The position numbers and the translations under genes are program-made. The notes under the pieces are model-generated. The model was not told where the DNA came from and searched no databases. It was given only the letters and a program-made list of their open reading frames with translations. This document shows positions 49,549 to 59,269 of a stretch of 64,000 nt of DNA, piece after piece (the first letter of the stretch is position 1; every line of letters begins with the position of its first letter). The DNA is from an uncultured virus (IMG/VR IMGVR_UViG_3300025333_000001) (lineage: Duplodnaviria; Heunggongvirae; Uroviricota; Caudoviricetes; Thumleimavirales; Hafunaviridae): the IMG/VR virus record IMGVR_UViG_3300025333_000001; one strand, 5' to 3'.

Positions 49549-50742
49549 TTAGGCCCGCCGTTCGACTTCCGCGGCGGCTGCTTCCCAGTCGATGGAGTCG
49601 AGGTCGTCAACCTCGTCTTCGGAGAACTCACGGAGTTCGTCCGGTTCGACCTCGCCATCGGTGCGGGCGAAGTAGTCGAGCAGATCATCGATCTCTTCGA
49701 AGTCGTCAGCGTTGGACTCGGTGTCGTCGCCGCTCTCGTCAGAGACGCTGGTGGCCTCGTCAGCGGCTTCCGGCTCGTCAGCCGACTCGGTGGTGTCGGG
49801 GGATGCCGTCGCGCTGTCGTCGGACGTGCTGGCGGCCTGCGTGCCGCCGTCAGCCGTCGCGGTCTGCTCGGCCTCGCTGTCGGCCTCGTCCTCGGCTTCC
49901 GACGCGGTGTCAGACTCCGACTCTGACTCCGACTCGTCGCCATCGAAGTTGTCAATGGTGATGCGCTCGCCAGTCTTCGCATCGAGGAGGATGGGCGTGG
50001 TGTACTGCACCTCTTCGTCGCCGAACTCGGCTGTCTCCTCGATGATGAACAGCTCCATCTCGCGGCCTTCGATGCCCTCGCGGAGTTCGGGGTCCATGTT
50101 GGTAAGCCAACCGTGGCTTTCAGTAACCGACACCATGTCGCCGTTGTCGCCCTCTTCTTTGGCGATGATGTCGTCACCGTCGGCGGTGATGAGCTTCGCC
50201 AGCGTGCGGACCCACGAACTGTTGGATAGAAGCATCGAAACCTCTCCAACCACGATGGAGTCCGACGTGGTTTTCACTTCCAGATCGTTGTTAGTAGCCA
50301 TGTCGCCCGACCCTTCGACAATCGCCCCGACAGGCGTGTAGAAGTAGTCGTTGCCACCGAACGTCTCGGAGAAACCGACCACTCGTGGGTGGTCGAGAAT
50401 TTCCTGCGCGGACATCTCGTTGCTGTACTCCACGCCGTTGTCGCCGGGCGTTGCCTGCTCGTAGACTTTGCCGGTGTCGGGGTCCACGTTGAAGAACTTG
50501 CCCGGCGAAAAGACCTTCCACGTCCCCGGCTTGTTGTCGCGCTGGAAGACGATGCCGTCGAGGATTTCGACATCATCGAAGCCTGCGATGAACTTGTCGC
50601 CGTACTGCGAATCGAAGGCGTTGACTCGATCACCTGTGACACGGATTGCGCTGTACTTCTGAAGTTTCAGCGTGATGTCATCGAAGTCGCCGCTGGTTGA
50701 ACTGCCGGTGCCGCTGCCTGAGTGCTGATTGTAGCGTGACAT
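49549..50742 (-). CDS. putative ssDNA-binding/recombination protein with a long acidic tail
   Basis: Start MSRYNQ at 50742; strong codon bias; promoter at 50821-50832; function inferred from context. Confidence 0.55.
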   Translation of the reverse strand: MSRYNQHSGSGTGSSTSGDFDDITLKLQKYSAIRVTGDRVNAFDSQYGDKFIAGFDDVEILDGIVFQRDNKPGTWKVFSPGKFFNVDPDTGKVYEQATPGDNGVEYSNEMSAQEILDHPRVVGFSETFGGNDYFYTPVGAIVEGSGDMATNNDLEVKTTSDSIVVGEVSMLLSNSSWVRTLAKLITADGDDIIAKEEGDNGDMVSVTESHGWLTNMDPELREGIEGREMELFIIEETAEFGDEEVQYTTPILLDAKTGERITIDNFDGDESESESESDTASEAEDEADSEAEQTATADGGTQAASTSDDSATASPDTTESADEPEAADEATSVSDESGDDTESNADDFEEIDDLLDYFARTDGEVEPDELREFSEDEVDDLDSIDWEAAAAEVERRA

Positions 50743-51176
50743 TGTTGCGTTAGGTTGTGTTCTCCGCTGCACGGTAGGACACTCGTCGTGAGTGCCTACT
50801 CTAACAGTATTGACCCGCCGACTTAATTGTTTGGTTATTAAGCCGGGGTACTGTCTACGGTGGAGTAGGCCGTAGAGGCTACGTCTCGGAATCGAACCGA
50901 GAATCGCCCAGTCGTAGCGACCGCGTTGTTGGTTGAGTGTGGAGCAAAACAGGGCAACGCACAGCCCCACGAATGTGCGTTGATACCTCCGGGGGACAAC
51001 CCCGGTAAGCAATTCAGTGGTGTAATCACTCGTGTTGTAACTCGATGACGCCGCCCGCCTGCTGTAACGCAAGAGGAGTTACTACCGAGGGTGCTACTGG
51101 GTCTTGATCCCGTGGTGATCCACCGCGGTTGTCGTCGTGGCAACTACATTTGCAGAAGTCGCCACATTGCTCACAT

Positions 51177-51734
51177 CTACATTCCATGGGTTGTTGCTTG
51201 GCCGTCTGACTCTTGAGTCTTGGCTTCGGAGTCGGCGGCCTCATCGAGTGGCGACACGTCGGATTCCACGATTTCGTCCACCTCTTCCTCACTGATCGGC
51301 TCATCGATGTCTTCTTCGTTCGACTCGATCAGGGCGTCCCAGAACACCGTAGGGTTGCCGCTGATGACTTCCATCGGGACAACTGTACCTTCGATGTCCG
51401 CGATCTCATCGGCACCCACTGCGTTCATAAGAACGTAGAGGTACGAGTCGGGATCTGTTGGACCACCGGGAAGGTCGAAGATCAGATCACCGGGGTCGGT
51501 GTAGTCGGATGAAGTTGCGGGAACGACCACCTTCCAGTCGTCTCGATAAACGCCCCCGTAGTTACGGAGTTGGGGTTCACCGAGAGTGACTTTGAACAGC
51601 CGGTTTCGGATGTAGGACATCTCGTTGATGGCTGCTTCGACATCGGCTGCGCCGAGGATGTTTGGCTCATCTTCGCTGAAAAATGGTGAGAGTAATGCAC
51701 CGACAACGCCTGCGACGTAAGTTCCTACTGACAT
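51177..51734 (-). CDS. hypothetical protein with an N-terminal hydrophobic segment
   Basis: 185-aa ORF. Confidence 0.65.
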   Translation of the reverse strand: MSVGTYVAGVVGALLSPFFSEDEPNILGAADVEAAINEMSYIRNRLFKVTLGEPQLRNYGGVYRDDWKVVVPATSSDYTDPGDLIFDLPGGPTDPDSYLYVLMNAVGADEIADIEGTVVPMEVISGNPTVFWDALIESNEEDIDEPISEEEVDEIVESDVSPLDEAADSEAKTQESDGQATTHGM

Positions 51735-51787
51735 GGTTGTGTTCCACGCGTTAATTATTTGCGTCGGACGCGTGTTTCCGACGAAAG

Positions 51788-51860
51788 TAGTTCCACGCGG
51801 ATTCGAACCGCGGTCGTTTGGCCCAAAACCAAACAGGATTGCCCGCTACCCCATGGAACT
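51788..51860 (-). tRNA. tRNA-Gln(UUG)
   Basis: Full cloverleaf; anticodon arm TTTGG-TTTTGGG-CCAAA; TTCGAAT T-loop. Confidence 0.9.
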
Positions 51861-51947
51861 AACCGAAGCTGTGCGCTCTATAGATGCCCGGCAGAAGCCC
51901 ACGGTGGCAACGTGGCAACTAACCGTTTCTGCGCAACGCACAGCTAA

Positions 51948-52020
51948 TAGTCCCACTTGGATTCGAACCAAGGTCGTCTGCCCCAAAAGCAGACAGGATT
52001 GGCCGCTACCCCATGGGACT
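51948..52020 (-). tRNA. tRNA-Gln(UUG), second copy
   Basis: Cloverleaf; anticodon arm TCTGC-TTTTGGG-GCAGA. Confidence 0.9.
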
Positions 52021-52058
52021 GCCGTGACGACGGCTCTCTCAGAGGTTGTGGTTATCTT

Positions 52059-52544
52059 TTATTTATCATCTTGAGTCCGAATTGATTGAACGACTCCGAA
52101 GCCACTCAATACCTCTGTTAATTCGTCGCTTGGCTCACCTATCACAAACATGTGACTTGCAAATGGGGCTGACGAATTTCCTTCGCCGAAAGACAATCTC
52201 TGATCAATGAAGCACACGAACGATGCGTGTTCATACAAATCGTGCCACCAATTCGTCGATGAGTCCCCCTTTACAAGGAAGATAATCAGTTCAACATCAT
52301 CTTTCGAGGACTCCGAGATCCCCTTATTGACCCACTTGTCTGGTTCCGAGTAAGGTGGATTACAGTAGACCGTACCAAACCACGGATTCGCTAAACCATC
52401 ATCTTCTATAGTGTATCGTTCATCTGCGATTGGGATTTTCTCAGCTCCTGAACAGGGATCAAGATCAACTCCGTTGGTTCCCTTGTTGATTCTCTTGGCC
52501 ACCCATCGAGGTGTCGCATATTCATTTGAGGAATTCTTAGCCAT
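52059..52544 (-). CDS. phage-type DNA N6-adenine methyltransferase
   Basis: YATP, DLDPC, DGL..PW, NPPYS. Confidence 0.85.
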   Translation of the reverse strand: MAKNSSNEYATPRWVAKRINKGTNGVDLDPCSGAEKIPIADERYTIEDDGLANPWFGTVYCNPPYSEPDKWVNKGISESSKDDVELIIFLVKGDSSTNWWHDLYEHASFVCFIDQRLSFGEGNSSAPFASHMFVIGEPSDELTEVLSGFGVVQSIRTQDDK

Positions 52545-52597
52545 AATTGGTCCTTTGAGTCGTCTCGCTCGTTGTGATGCGGTGAGCTACCCCGCGA

Positions 52598-52670
52598 AGA
52601 TCAGGGCCGGATTCGAACCGGCGTCTGTACGGATCTGCAATCCGTTGCGTAACCACTCGGCCACCTGATC
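52598..52670 (-). tRNA. tRNA-Cys(GCA)
   Basis: Cloverleaf; anticodon arm ACGGA-TTGCAGA-TCCGT. Confidence 0.9.
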
Positions 52671-52973
52671 GAACGGAATGAAGCGGGAGTGCGGTCAATG
52701 GGATGTTTCATCACGGTCAACAACGAGTTTTCATGGTTGACTTACTCGGTAGTGTAATCATAATGTCGTTCATATTGTTCTAACATCTGTGAGTGTCGTT
52801 ATTCTTACGGCCCCTTACCTCCGTTGGCTACAGCCCGCTCTAACGGGGGCACACCGACGCGGAGTTCCGGTTAGCACTCGCTCTGATGGTATCGGGTAAT
52901 AGTTGTTTTACGTCCCACGGAGGGGGTTGACCACCCCACTATCCGATCAAGGGTAATTCACTCGTGAGACGAA

Positions 52974-53068
52974 TGGTTCCAGTGGGATTTGAACCCACGT
53001 TGCATGTCAGAGTAGGTTGCTCCTACCCGTGCTACGGAAGCGTGTTGTCCGTGCTACACTATGGAACC
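52974..53068 (-). ncRNA. tRNA-like RNA with an aberrant anticodon/variable region
   Basis: Perfect acceptor, D and T arms; the central ~42 nt do not form a normal anticodon arm. Confidence 0.7.
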
Positions 53069-53448
53069 GAAAACGGACGGGCGAACAACCCGTCCACGTC
53101 CTACCGGAACGGCGGGACACAACCTATTTGCCAACGAGGGGTAAGCGGCCCTCACCCTACACCATGCGCCCATGAGGTTTAACTCTGCATGGTAGAAACG
53201 AAGGGAGTGTAGGGAGAGAACCGACAAGTACTCGGAGGAGGTCGCCACCCTGTCTCGGGTCACGTCCTCACTAAACTATTTCTCGCCTAATGACTTAAGT
53301 CTTGCGAGTATATTCTTTCGGGCAAATCAACACATTTGGTAAGCAAAAAAATCCTATTTGCACAGTAGGGACCGCCTACCCGGTCATTATCGCCGTTTAG
53401 CGCCAAAACGATTAAGTCGGTAGGGAATGATCTTATAGATGAACAATC

Positions 53449-54006
53449 ATGAGTGAGTCCCCATCATCTGCGCACTCCAACGGCGAGCGAACGGTCAAAT
53501 GCCCAGTCGAAGGGTGTGATCACACTGGCCCGTCACGCGGGCTACACCTTCATGTCCTGCGCAAATCGGGCGGTGGTCACGGTGAACAAAACGATGTTCC
53601 CCCGGACCTTAACCTTGTCAACGCCGAAACCGTAGGCCGACAGGAGATAACGGTTGACTACCCCGAAACGCGAAAAACCGAGAACGTCGCCCGGCAGTGT
53701 CCGTACTGTGGACAGGTCTACCGCGGCAAGCAAGGACTGGCCATTCACTTCGGGCAGGTCGTCGGACGAAAGAACCATCCGTCTGACCGCGCTGAGTTCC
53801 CCGCAGCGTCCGACTGTGCTATTGTTCACGTTGATGATGACCAGAACATCATCGAAGTACTCGAAGCCGATCAGAGCAACGTCATGCCGTCTACACGGCT
53901 TCGGCGACAAGACTCCGACCGAGTGGAGCAACTGTTGTCGGAAATCGAGGACGCCGCCGGCGGAGAAACAGCAGATAAAGTTCGGAACCTAATGCTCGCC
54001 GATTAA
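53449..54006 (+). CDS. double C2H2-type zinc-finger protein
   Basis: CPVEGC...H...H and CPYC...H...H; TTAAGT box at ~53412. Confidence 0.75.
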   Translation: MSESPSSAHSNGERTVKCPVEGCDHTGPSRGLHLHVLRKSGGGHGEQNDVPPDLNLVNAETVGRQEITVDYPETRKTENVARQCPYCGQVYRGKQGLAIHFGQVVGRKNHPSDRAEFPAASDCAIVHVDDDQNIIEVLEADQSNVMPSTRLRRQDSDRVEQLLSEIEDAAGGETADKVRNLMLAD

Positions 54007-54551
54007 GCTGCGAGGTCTTCCGACCACTCTTCGCGGAAGAACTCGGCTGTGTATTTTGGGTTTTTTCCTTGCCGCGTTTCGTCTCGGATTTCATCTAACG
54101 CTTTGATGATCTCGTAGAACCCCTGCTTGGTGAGGTGTTTTCGCTGTTCCATACTCGGGATGATAAACGAGAGCATGATCTGGGCGTTCTCGAATTGTGT
54201 CACGAGGTATGGCATCAGCGGTTCGAGAAACCGTGTAACCGAATTAGGCTGCTTGATGACAAACTCGAACGACTCGGTTCCGTTACGGGTGACCTCATTC
54301 AGCGAGAACTGGACGCCATGCTCACTGCAATACTCGTCTATCTTGCCGAAAATGTAGGAATCCTCGGCAGGTCTGGTGATTCGAACCATCGGTTCAAACC
54401 GATACCCGATTGTTGCGTCTCCTTTTACGATGTGACCGCTGATTGTTCCGGCAGCATCGAAGAATCCAGCAATGTGGGCTGTGTCTGGTTTGTCCATATC
54501 TACTTGTTCTACCCGCTGGGTTGATAACGGTTGTGATTGGTTTTCAGTCAT
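54003..54551 (-). CDS. LAGLIDADG homing endonuclease-like protein
   Basis: HIAGFFDAAGTI; FLEPLMPYL; HLTKQGF. Confidence 0.8.
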   Translation of the reverse strand: MTENQSQPLSTQRVEQVDMDKPDTAHIAGFFDAAGTISGHIVKGDATIGYRFEPMVRITRPAEDSYIFGKIDEYCSEHGVQFSLNEVTRNGTESFEFVIKQPNSVTRFLEPLMPYLVTQFENAQIMLSFIIPSMEQRKHLTKQGFYEIIKALDEIRDETRQGKNPKYTAEFFREEWSEDLAA

Positions 54552-54810
54552 GATTGCAAACGTTTAAGTCGCTCCGCGATAATTGTTTAGTGAGAGCAAG
54601 CCAGCCACGGCGAGCTACTGCTATTCCATTCGTTGGGGTGTTGAGGGTTGGTACTCCGAGTATCAACTCTCCGCGCTTCAACTGGGTTTCAACTGGGTTT
54701 CAACTGTGGGGTTCAACCACTGGGGTTCAACCTCACAGTAAGTACAGTACTACAGCACTAACCGTTAGAGCAACCTCATCGAGTTACAACACCGAGTTGT
54801 TACACCACGG

Positions 54811-54970
54811 TTTAGACTGCGGTGTTAAACAATGGGTTTATACCTCTGTAGCAACTAAGCTGTGTTGTAGCGGTGCGTTGCTGTGTGGTGCTGTGTGGTG
54901 CTGTACTGTTGTGTTATTGTAGTAGCCCCGTCCTCGAATTACAACACGAGTTGTTACAACACTGGGTTGA
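54811..54970. repeat. ~160-bp intergenic repeat, direct copy of 35735-35895
   Basis: Near-identical alignment. Confidence 0.9.
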
Positions 54971-54976
54971 TACCTT

Positions 54977-55073
54977 CAGTAGTAACCCTACAGTAGTAAC
55001 CCTACAGTAGTAACCCTACAGTAGTAACCCTACAGTAGTAACCCTACAGTAGTAACCCTACAGTAGTAACCCT
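54977..55073. repeat. 14-bp perfect tandem repeat, ~7 copies
   Basis: (CAGTAGTAACCCTA)x6 plus 13/14 nt. Confidence 0.95.
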
Positions 55074-55143
55074 TAAGGTAATCCCCCTTCTGTATGTTTC
55101 CCCCTTTGTAGCAAACCGTGGGTGGCTGCCCTCGTGTTTCCCG

Positions 55144-55629
55144 ATGGAACGAGTCAACGAAAAGCAGCCGCCAGAGGTTGTCACGTCTGATACTGACAAC
55201 GCCACGGCTATCCACCCGAAAGACGCACCGAGTCACAAACAAGCGCAGTACAAGCGGTTCCGAGCGTACAACACTGGCCTGTGGAACGGCCCCCGACGTG
55301 AAAACAAAGAAGCGATGTACCGACAGGACAACCTGCATCGGTACGATGCCATTGCTTCACAGGTCGGCATTACTGACTACCAGAAAAGCCGAGGTCGGGA
55401 AATTCTCGATGGTATCGACATCCGAGATACTGGCAAGCCACTCGACCACCTCGCGTTTGCCGTCTGTGTGATCGTGGCCAACGCCGACTGTCAAGGCAAG
55501 CGGTACTGGCCACATCCAGATAAAACTGACAACGACGAGGAGTTCGCTGCCATGGGTCACGATCTCGGCATGGATTCAACTGACCAAATAAGTGTTATCA
55601 TGTCAGTGAAAAACCGCACGGAGTTATAG
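55144..55629 (+). CDS. hypothetical protein, possibly cyclin/TFB-repeat-like
   Basis: IASQVGI...R..EIL...LAFAVC helical pattern; weak evidence. Confidence 0.5.
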   Translation: MERVNEKQPPEVVTSDTDNATAIHPKDAPSHKQAQYKRFRAYNTGLWNGPRRENKEAMYRQDNLHRYDAIASQVGITDYQKSRGREILDGIDIRDTGKPLDHLAFAVCVIVANADCQGKRYWPHPDKTDNDEEFAAMGHDLGMDSTDQISVIMSVKNRTEL

Positions 55630-55630
55630 C

Positions 55631-56122
55631 ATGGCAGTATTTACCATTCTCGTTGACCGACGAGAACAGAAGCCATGGCTGTTCGAGAACTACCCGGTCG
55701 ATACCAAAGAAGTAACGCTCGAAACCGGCGACTACACCATTGCGGAACTCTGTGAGTACAACGACGAATACGACACCTGTGTTCCCTCACTGGCCGTCGA
55801 ACGGAAGTCCGGCCCCGATCTTCTACAGTCGATTACTCACGAACACGCTCGATTCCGCCGCGAGATTGTTCGTGCAGAGGATTGGGACGAACCGCTGCAA
55901 ATCTACGTCGAAGAGCCATGGGGGACGTTCATGAACAACCGCGGGTTCATGGACTACCGCGATGTCAGCCCGGCACAAGTCAATGGCATTGTCACGACCA
56001 TGGGAAGGAAATACAACGCCGACTTCAACTTTTACTCGGATCGTCAACGAGCCGAGCAAGCGGCGTTCGATAAGCTGATGACGTGGTATCGTGCAGAGCA
56101 GTACTCGCCAGCCTCACCGTGA
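55631..56122 (+). CDS. ERCC4-domain (XPF/Mus81-like) nuclease
   Basis: VDRREQ, GDY, VERKS..DL..SI. Confidence 0.88.
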   Translation: MAVFTILVDRREQKPWLFENYPVDTKEVTLETGDYTIAELCEYNDEYDTCVPSLAVERKSGPDLLQSITHEHARFRREIVRAEDWDEPLQIYVEEPWGTFMNNRGFMDYRDVSPAQVNGIVTTMGRKYNADFNFYSDRQRAEQAAFDKLMTWYRAEQYSPASP

Positions 56123-56226
56123 CCGGGCTAGCAGGGCGGCTGCTGTCGTCTTTGCACTGGATATGACCAATGACACTCGGTTGGACCAAACGCGCTGAGA
56201 ACGGCTGTCAGCGGCTCGTGTTTCAT

Positions 56227-56655
56227 TCACGATTGATACTCGCCATACAACTCCGACATGTGTTCGGCTAAGGAATCAGAATCTGCCGGATCGATTGTTT
56301 GACCGGTTGCACTGTCGTTGTGGCGCACCAGATCGAGACACTGCGGGCAGACCTCGTTGCGTCCGACCGTTAGCTCGTTGCCACAGACCTCGTGGTGGAT
56401 GCACTGTTTCGTCTCGCCCTGTTCGGCGGCCTCCTCGAATTGCGACTCGTCGTATTCATACGCCTTGTCCATCCAATACGAGATTTGACTCGGGGACGCC
56501 CCGAGAACGTGGGCAATTTCATACTGGTATTCATGCCGTTTGTCCAACTTCAACATCAGCTTGGGATCTTCCCACGGCTCATTCTTTTTGGCGAAGAATG
56601 GGTTGGGACTGGGGCCGAGTTCGGCTTCGAGATCGCGTTCTGATTTGGTTGCCAT
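56227..56655 (-). CDS. HTH + Zn-finger protein
   Basis: QYEIAHVLGASPSQISYW; C..C and CPQC. Confidence 0.65.
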   Translation of the reverse strand: MATKSERDLEAELGPSPNPFFAKKNEPWEDPKLMLKLDKRHEYQYEIAHVLGASPSQISYWMDKAYEYDESQFEEAAEQGETKQCIHHEVCGNELTVGRNEVCPQCLDLVRHNDSATGQTIDPADSDSLAEHMSELYGEYQS

Positions 56656-56658
56656 GGT

Positions 56659-56973
56659 TTACTGGTCAAGATCGCCATGTTCGATGAGCGAGTCAAGCGC
56701 ATCTGCGAACTCTTGGATCTGCTCGCGAGGCAAATCGTCTTCCGGATCTACTTCCCATTGCTCCGTTGTGGTCCATTGATTCCGGCCTTTCCGCCGCCCG
56801 GTTTTCTTTTGGATGCGAACGAGGTACGTTCCATAGACTGAGACGCGCCACCCGGCGACACCGTGTTTTCGGAACAGATCACCATCTTCGCCGCTGTACG
56901 GGAAGAAACTGCGGGCTTGGAGTTCATCCATCACACACCCGTCATCGAAGTCAGCGTCACTGAATCCAGTCAT
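56659..56973 (-). CDS. hypothetical protein
   Basis: Start MTGFSD at 56973. Confidence 0.55.
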   Translation of the reverse strand: MTGFSDADFDDGCVMDELQARSFFPYSGEDGDLFRKHGVAGWRVSVYGTYLVRIQKKTGRRKGRNQWTTTEQWEVDPEDDLPREQIQEFADALDSLIEHGDLDQ

Positions 56974-57082
56974 TCGTCGCCATCCTCGCGGTTTTGCCGT
57001 TTGTACCGTCGCGCTCGCTCTTCCTCGGTTCGCCGTCTCGTTCCGCCGTACCAACTGATTTGTTCGTATTTCATAGCTTCAG

Positions 57083-57164
57083 TCCCACACGATGTGGGAA
57101 AGCTGCCGAGGGGGCGTGACCCCCGTGGAGTCTTACTCTTCGGCAGTTACCGCACTGTCAACAC
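57083..57164 (-). repeat. ~82-bp structured repeat, copy 1 (tRNA-like fold)
   Basis: Matches 59270-59351. Confidence 0.85.
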
Positions 57165-57221
57165 GCTCGGCGACACGGCAGTCAGCCCCGGTCGTTGTAC
57201 ATTCCAACCACATCACATTCA

Positions 57222-57833
57222 ATGACACGAAAACTCCATCAGCAAGATGTCTGCGAGGTCACGGATAACGACCTGCAGACCGAGATCACTCGTCACCTCA
57301 CTGGTGATGTCCTCGCGCTTGCAGTTGAGGACAGTCGCCTACAGTCTCTCGTCCCGATCGCCGGGCAAACCACGCTGTTCGGTGGCCACCTCGACTTCGG
57401 AGAAACCTCGGACCTGTACGCTGCACCGTTGTATGACCCGAACAATGAACAAGCGGCGTACTTCCCGCGGAACAAGAACGAACGCTTCCACTACGGCACA
57501 AACTCGTACGATACCATCGTGACGCTGTTCCCGAAATGCGGGTACTTCCAACGCCCACCGCCGTTCATGGACATGACTCGAATCGTCCGTCCCGGTGGAA
57601 CGCTCGTTGCGGTGACTGGCTTACAGCCAGAATCACCGGATGACCATGACGCGAAATGGTGGGTGCCTGCCAGCGATGACGTTGACTTGGATACCATTCG
57701 CATCCTTCGGTCGAGTGGGTTCAAAACCCCGATTCTCGTGAACGTCTTCACCGTCACGACAAGTACGGAACGGCATCCTGAAGCAGCAGTCGTCACGGGG
57801 CCTGCAGACCGCCGAGAGGAGGTTCAAGCATGA
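57222..57833 (+). CDS. degenerate methyltransferase-like protein
   Basis: NSYDTIV and RIVRPGGTL resemble class I MTase strands. Confidence 0.55.
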   Translation: MTRKLHQQDVCEVTDNDLQTEITRHLTGDVLALAVEDSRLQSLVPIAGQTTLFGGHLDFGETSDLYAAPLYDPNNEQAAYFPRNKNERFHYGTNSYDTIVTLFPKCGYFQRPPPFMDMTRIVRPGGTLVAVTGLQPESPDDHDAKWWVPASDDVDLDTIRILRSSGFKTPILVNVFTVTTSTERHPEAAVVTGPADRREEVQA

Positions 57834-58945
57834 AGCTAACCGATTACACTGACAACGCTGAAACGGACAGTCAGGACCGTCCTGTTGACGCGTTCGATAG
57901 CGAAGCGCTGCACGAAGAAGAACACGAACAGAACGACAATTGGGAATGGAGCGCGGAATTTACGGAGTTCATCCACGACGAGATCGAAGGGCGGTCGTTG
58001 AAGGTCTGTCCGGGACTCCGTCCGATCTGCGACGTGAATCTGGACATCAAACATCTCGGTGACATCGCTGACTCCGACAACGCAGCTTTCAACGTCGAAC
58101 CCATCACGAGTAGTTCTGACCGGCTGCAAGACCTTCGTGGAACGGTTAGTGATGATGCCGGGGAAGACATCATCTACGGTCGCATCACCGGTGAGAACGG
58201 CGACACGGACGGCCTGTACGACGGGTACGCGTGCTACGGCGACATGTTCGAACTACCGTTCGATGACAACTCGTTCGACACGGTCGTCGGGGACCCGCCG
58301 TGGTTGAACCTCACAACAGAGGAACGTCGAGTGCTCTTCGAGGAAATCGTTCGCGTCACTGCCCCGACAGGGAAAATCATGTACAACGCCACGTGGATAC
58401 CGGAGGATGAACACGCTCGACAGTTCCAACTCCGATTCCGGCAACAACTGGACTATTGGGGCGGACCGAGCTTCGCAGCGTTCTACCGCCGTTCCGCTCG
58501 TGACATCCCCGAACTGTTCGATGCACATGATTACGAATCCGTAGAGCGATACCCGGAGGAATCCGCGTTCTGGTCAGAGGCGTTGAGTACTGAGCATAAC
58601 ACTGACCCGAAGAAAGTCAGTGGTGACTCTGACTATCACCAGTACTGTTGCCCGATGTGCGGGTGCGCGCAACTCGGGCACCTTCGCGGCGAGTTCTTCG
58701 AAACCAGTGACGGTGAGTACAACACGTATCAGTGTCATAACTGCGAATTCCGTGTTGATTCTGCGGAAGTTAATCGTCTCGCTGAGGCACTGGAAACCGC
58801 AACTGCTGAACAGAACGTCTCCGTACAGGAACTCACCGATATTGAGTACACGCCTTCCTGCGTTGAACAACAGTTAGAACAACTCGGTCCAAATGACTCG
58901 TTGGATGATGCTCCGTTCTCTGCGGACCTTCCGTGGGTACCGTGA
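57830..58945 (+). CDS. SAM-dependent amino-methyltransferase-like protein with a Zn ribbon
   Basis: GDMFELPFDDNSFDTVVGDPPW; CPMC...CHNC. Confidence 0.7.
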   Translation: MKLTDYTDNAETDSQDRPVDAFDSEALHEEEHEQNDNWEWSAEFTEFIHDEIEGRSLKVCPGLRPICDVNLDIKHLGDIADSDNAAFNVEPITSSSDRLQDLRGTVSDDAGEDIIYGRITGENGDTDGLYDGYACYGDMFELPFDDNSFDTVVGDPPWLNLTTEERRVLFEEIVRVTAPTGKIMYNATWIPEDEHARQFQLRFRQQLDYWGGPSFAAFYRRSARDIPELFDAHDYESVERYPEESAFWSEALSTEHNTDPKKVSGDSDYHQYCCPMCGCAQLGHLRGEFFETSDGEYNTYQCHNCEFRVDSAEVNRLAEALETATAEQNVSVQELTDIEYTPSCVEQQLEQLGPNDSLDDAPFSADLPWVP

Positions 58946-59063
58946 TACGAGCATGCAGTCGCATCTGAAACCCCGTCCCCGCATTGCAGTCCACCGTGCA
59001 GGCATAGGAGTATGATCACTCTCAGTCCTATCAGTGCTATTCCCGCGACGACCATCACGGTGA

Positions 59064-59264
59064 TTACCCTTCAGTCCATGTCTCAAACTCGTTACCGCAT
59101 GTTTTACAACAATGCTGGTAAACCATTGAGTCGGAATATTTGGGAATTGCTTTGGTGCCATAAATCGCGTCTTCGCCACATTCACACGGCTGTCCTTTGT
59201 TGATGTGCAATCCACACCGGTCGATCTGATCGAGTGATTTCTTTTGTGCGTCAGTGAATGCCAT
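59064..59264 (-). CDS. small Zn-ribbon protein
   Basis: CECG...CKTCG. Confidence 0.6.
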   Translation of the reverse strand: MAFTDAQKKSLDQIDRCGLHINKGQPCECGEDAIYGTKAIPKYSDSMVYQHCCKTCGNEFETWTEG

Positions 59265-59269
59265 AACTA

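Noticed and set aside
51788..52670. tRNAs as a provirus attachment boundary
   Set aside because: Viral-type genes and the same repeat family continue on both sides, and no integrase is present in the window.
54003..54551. Intron or intein hosting the LAGLIDADG gene
   Set aside because: Free-standing ORF convergent with its neighbour; no intein termini were seen in PolB, TerL or the helicase-like protein.
54977..55073. Telomere-like TAACCC repeat
   Set aside because: The hexamer is only part of an internal 14-bp unit; probably coincidental.
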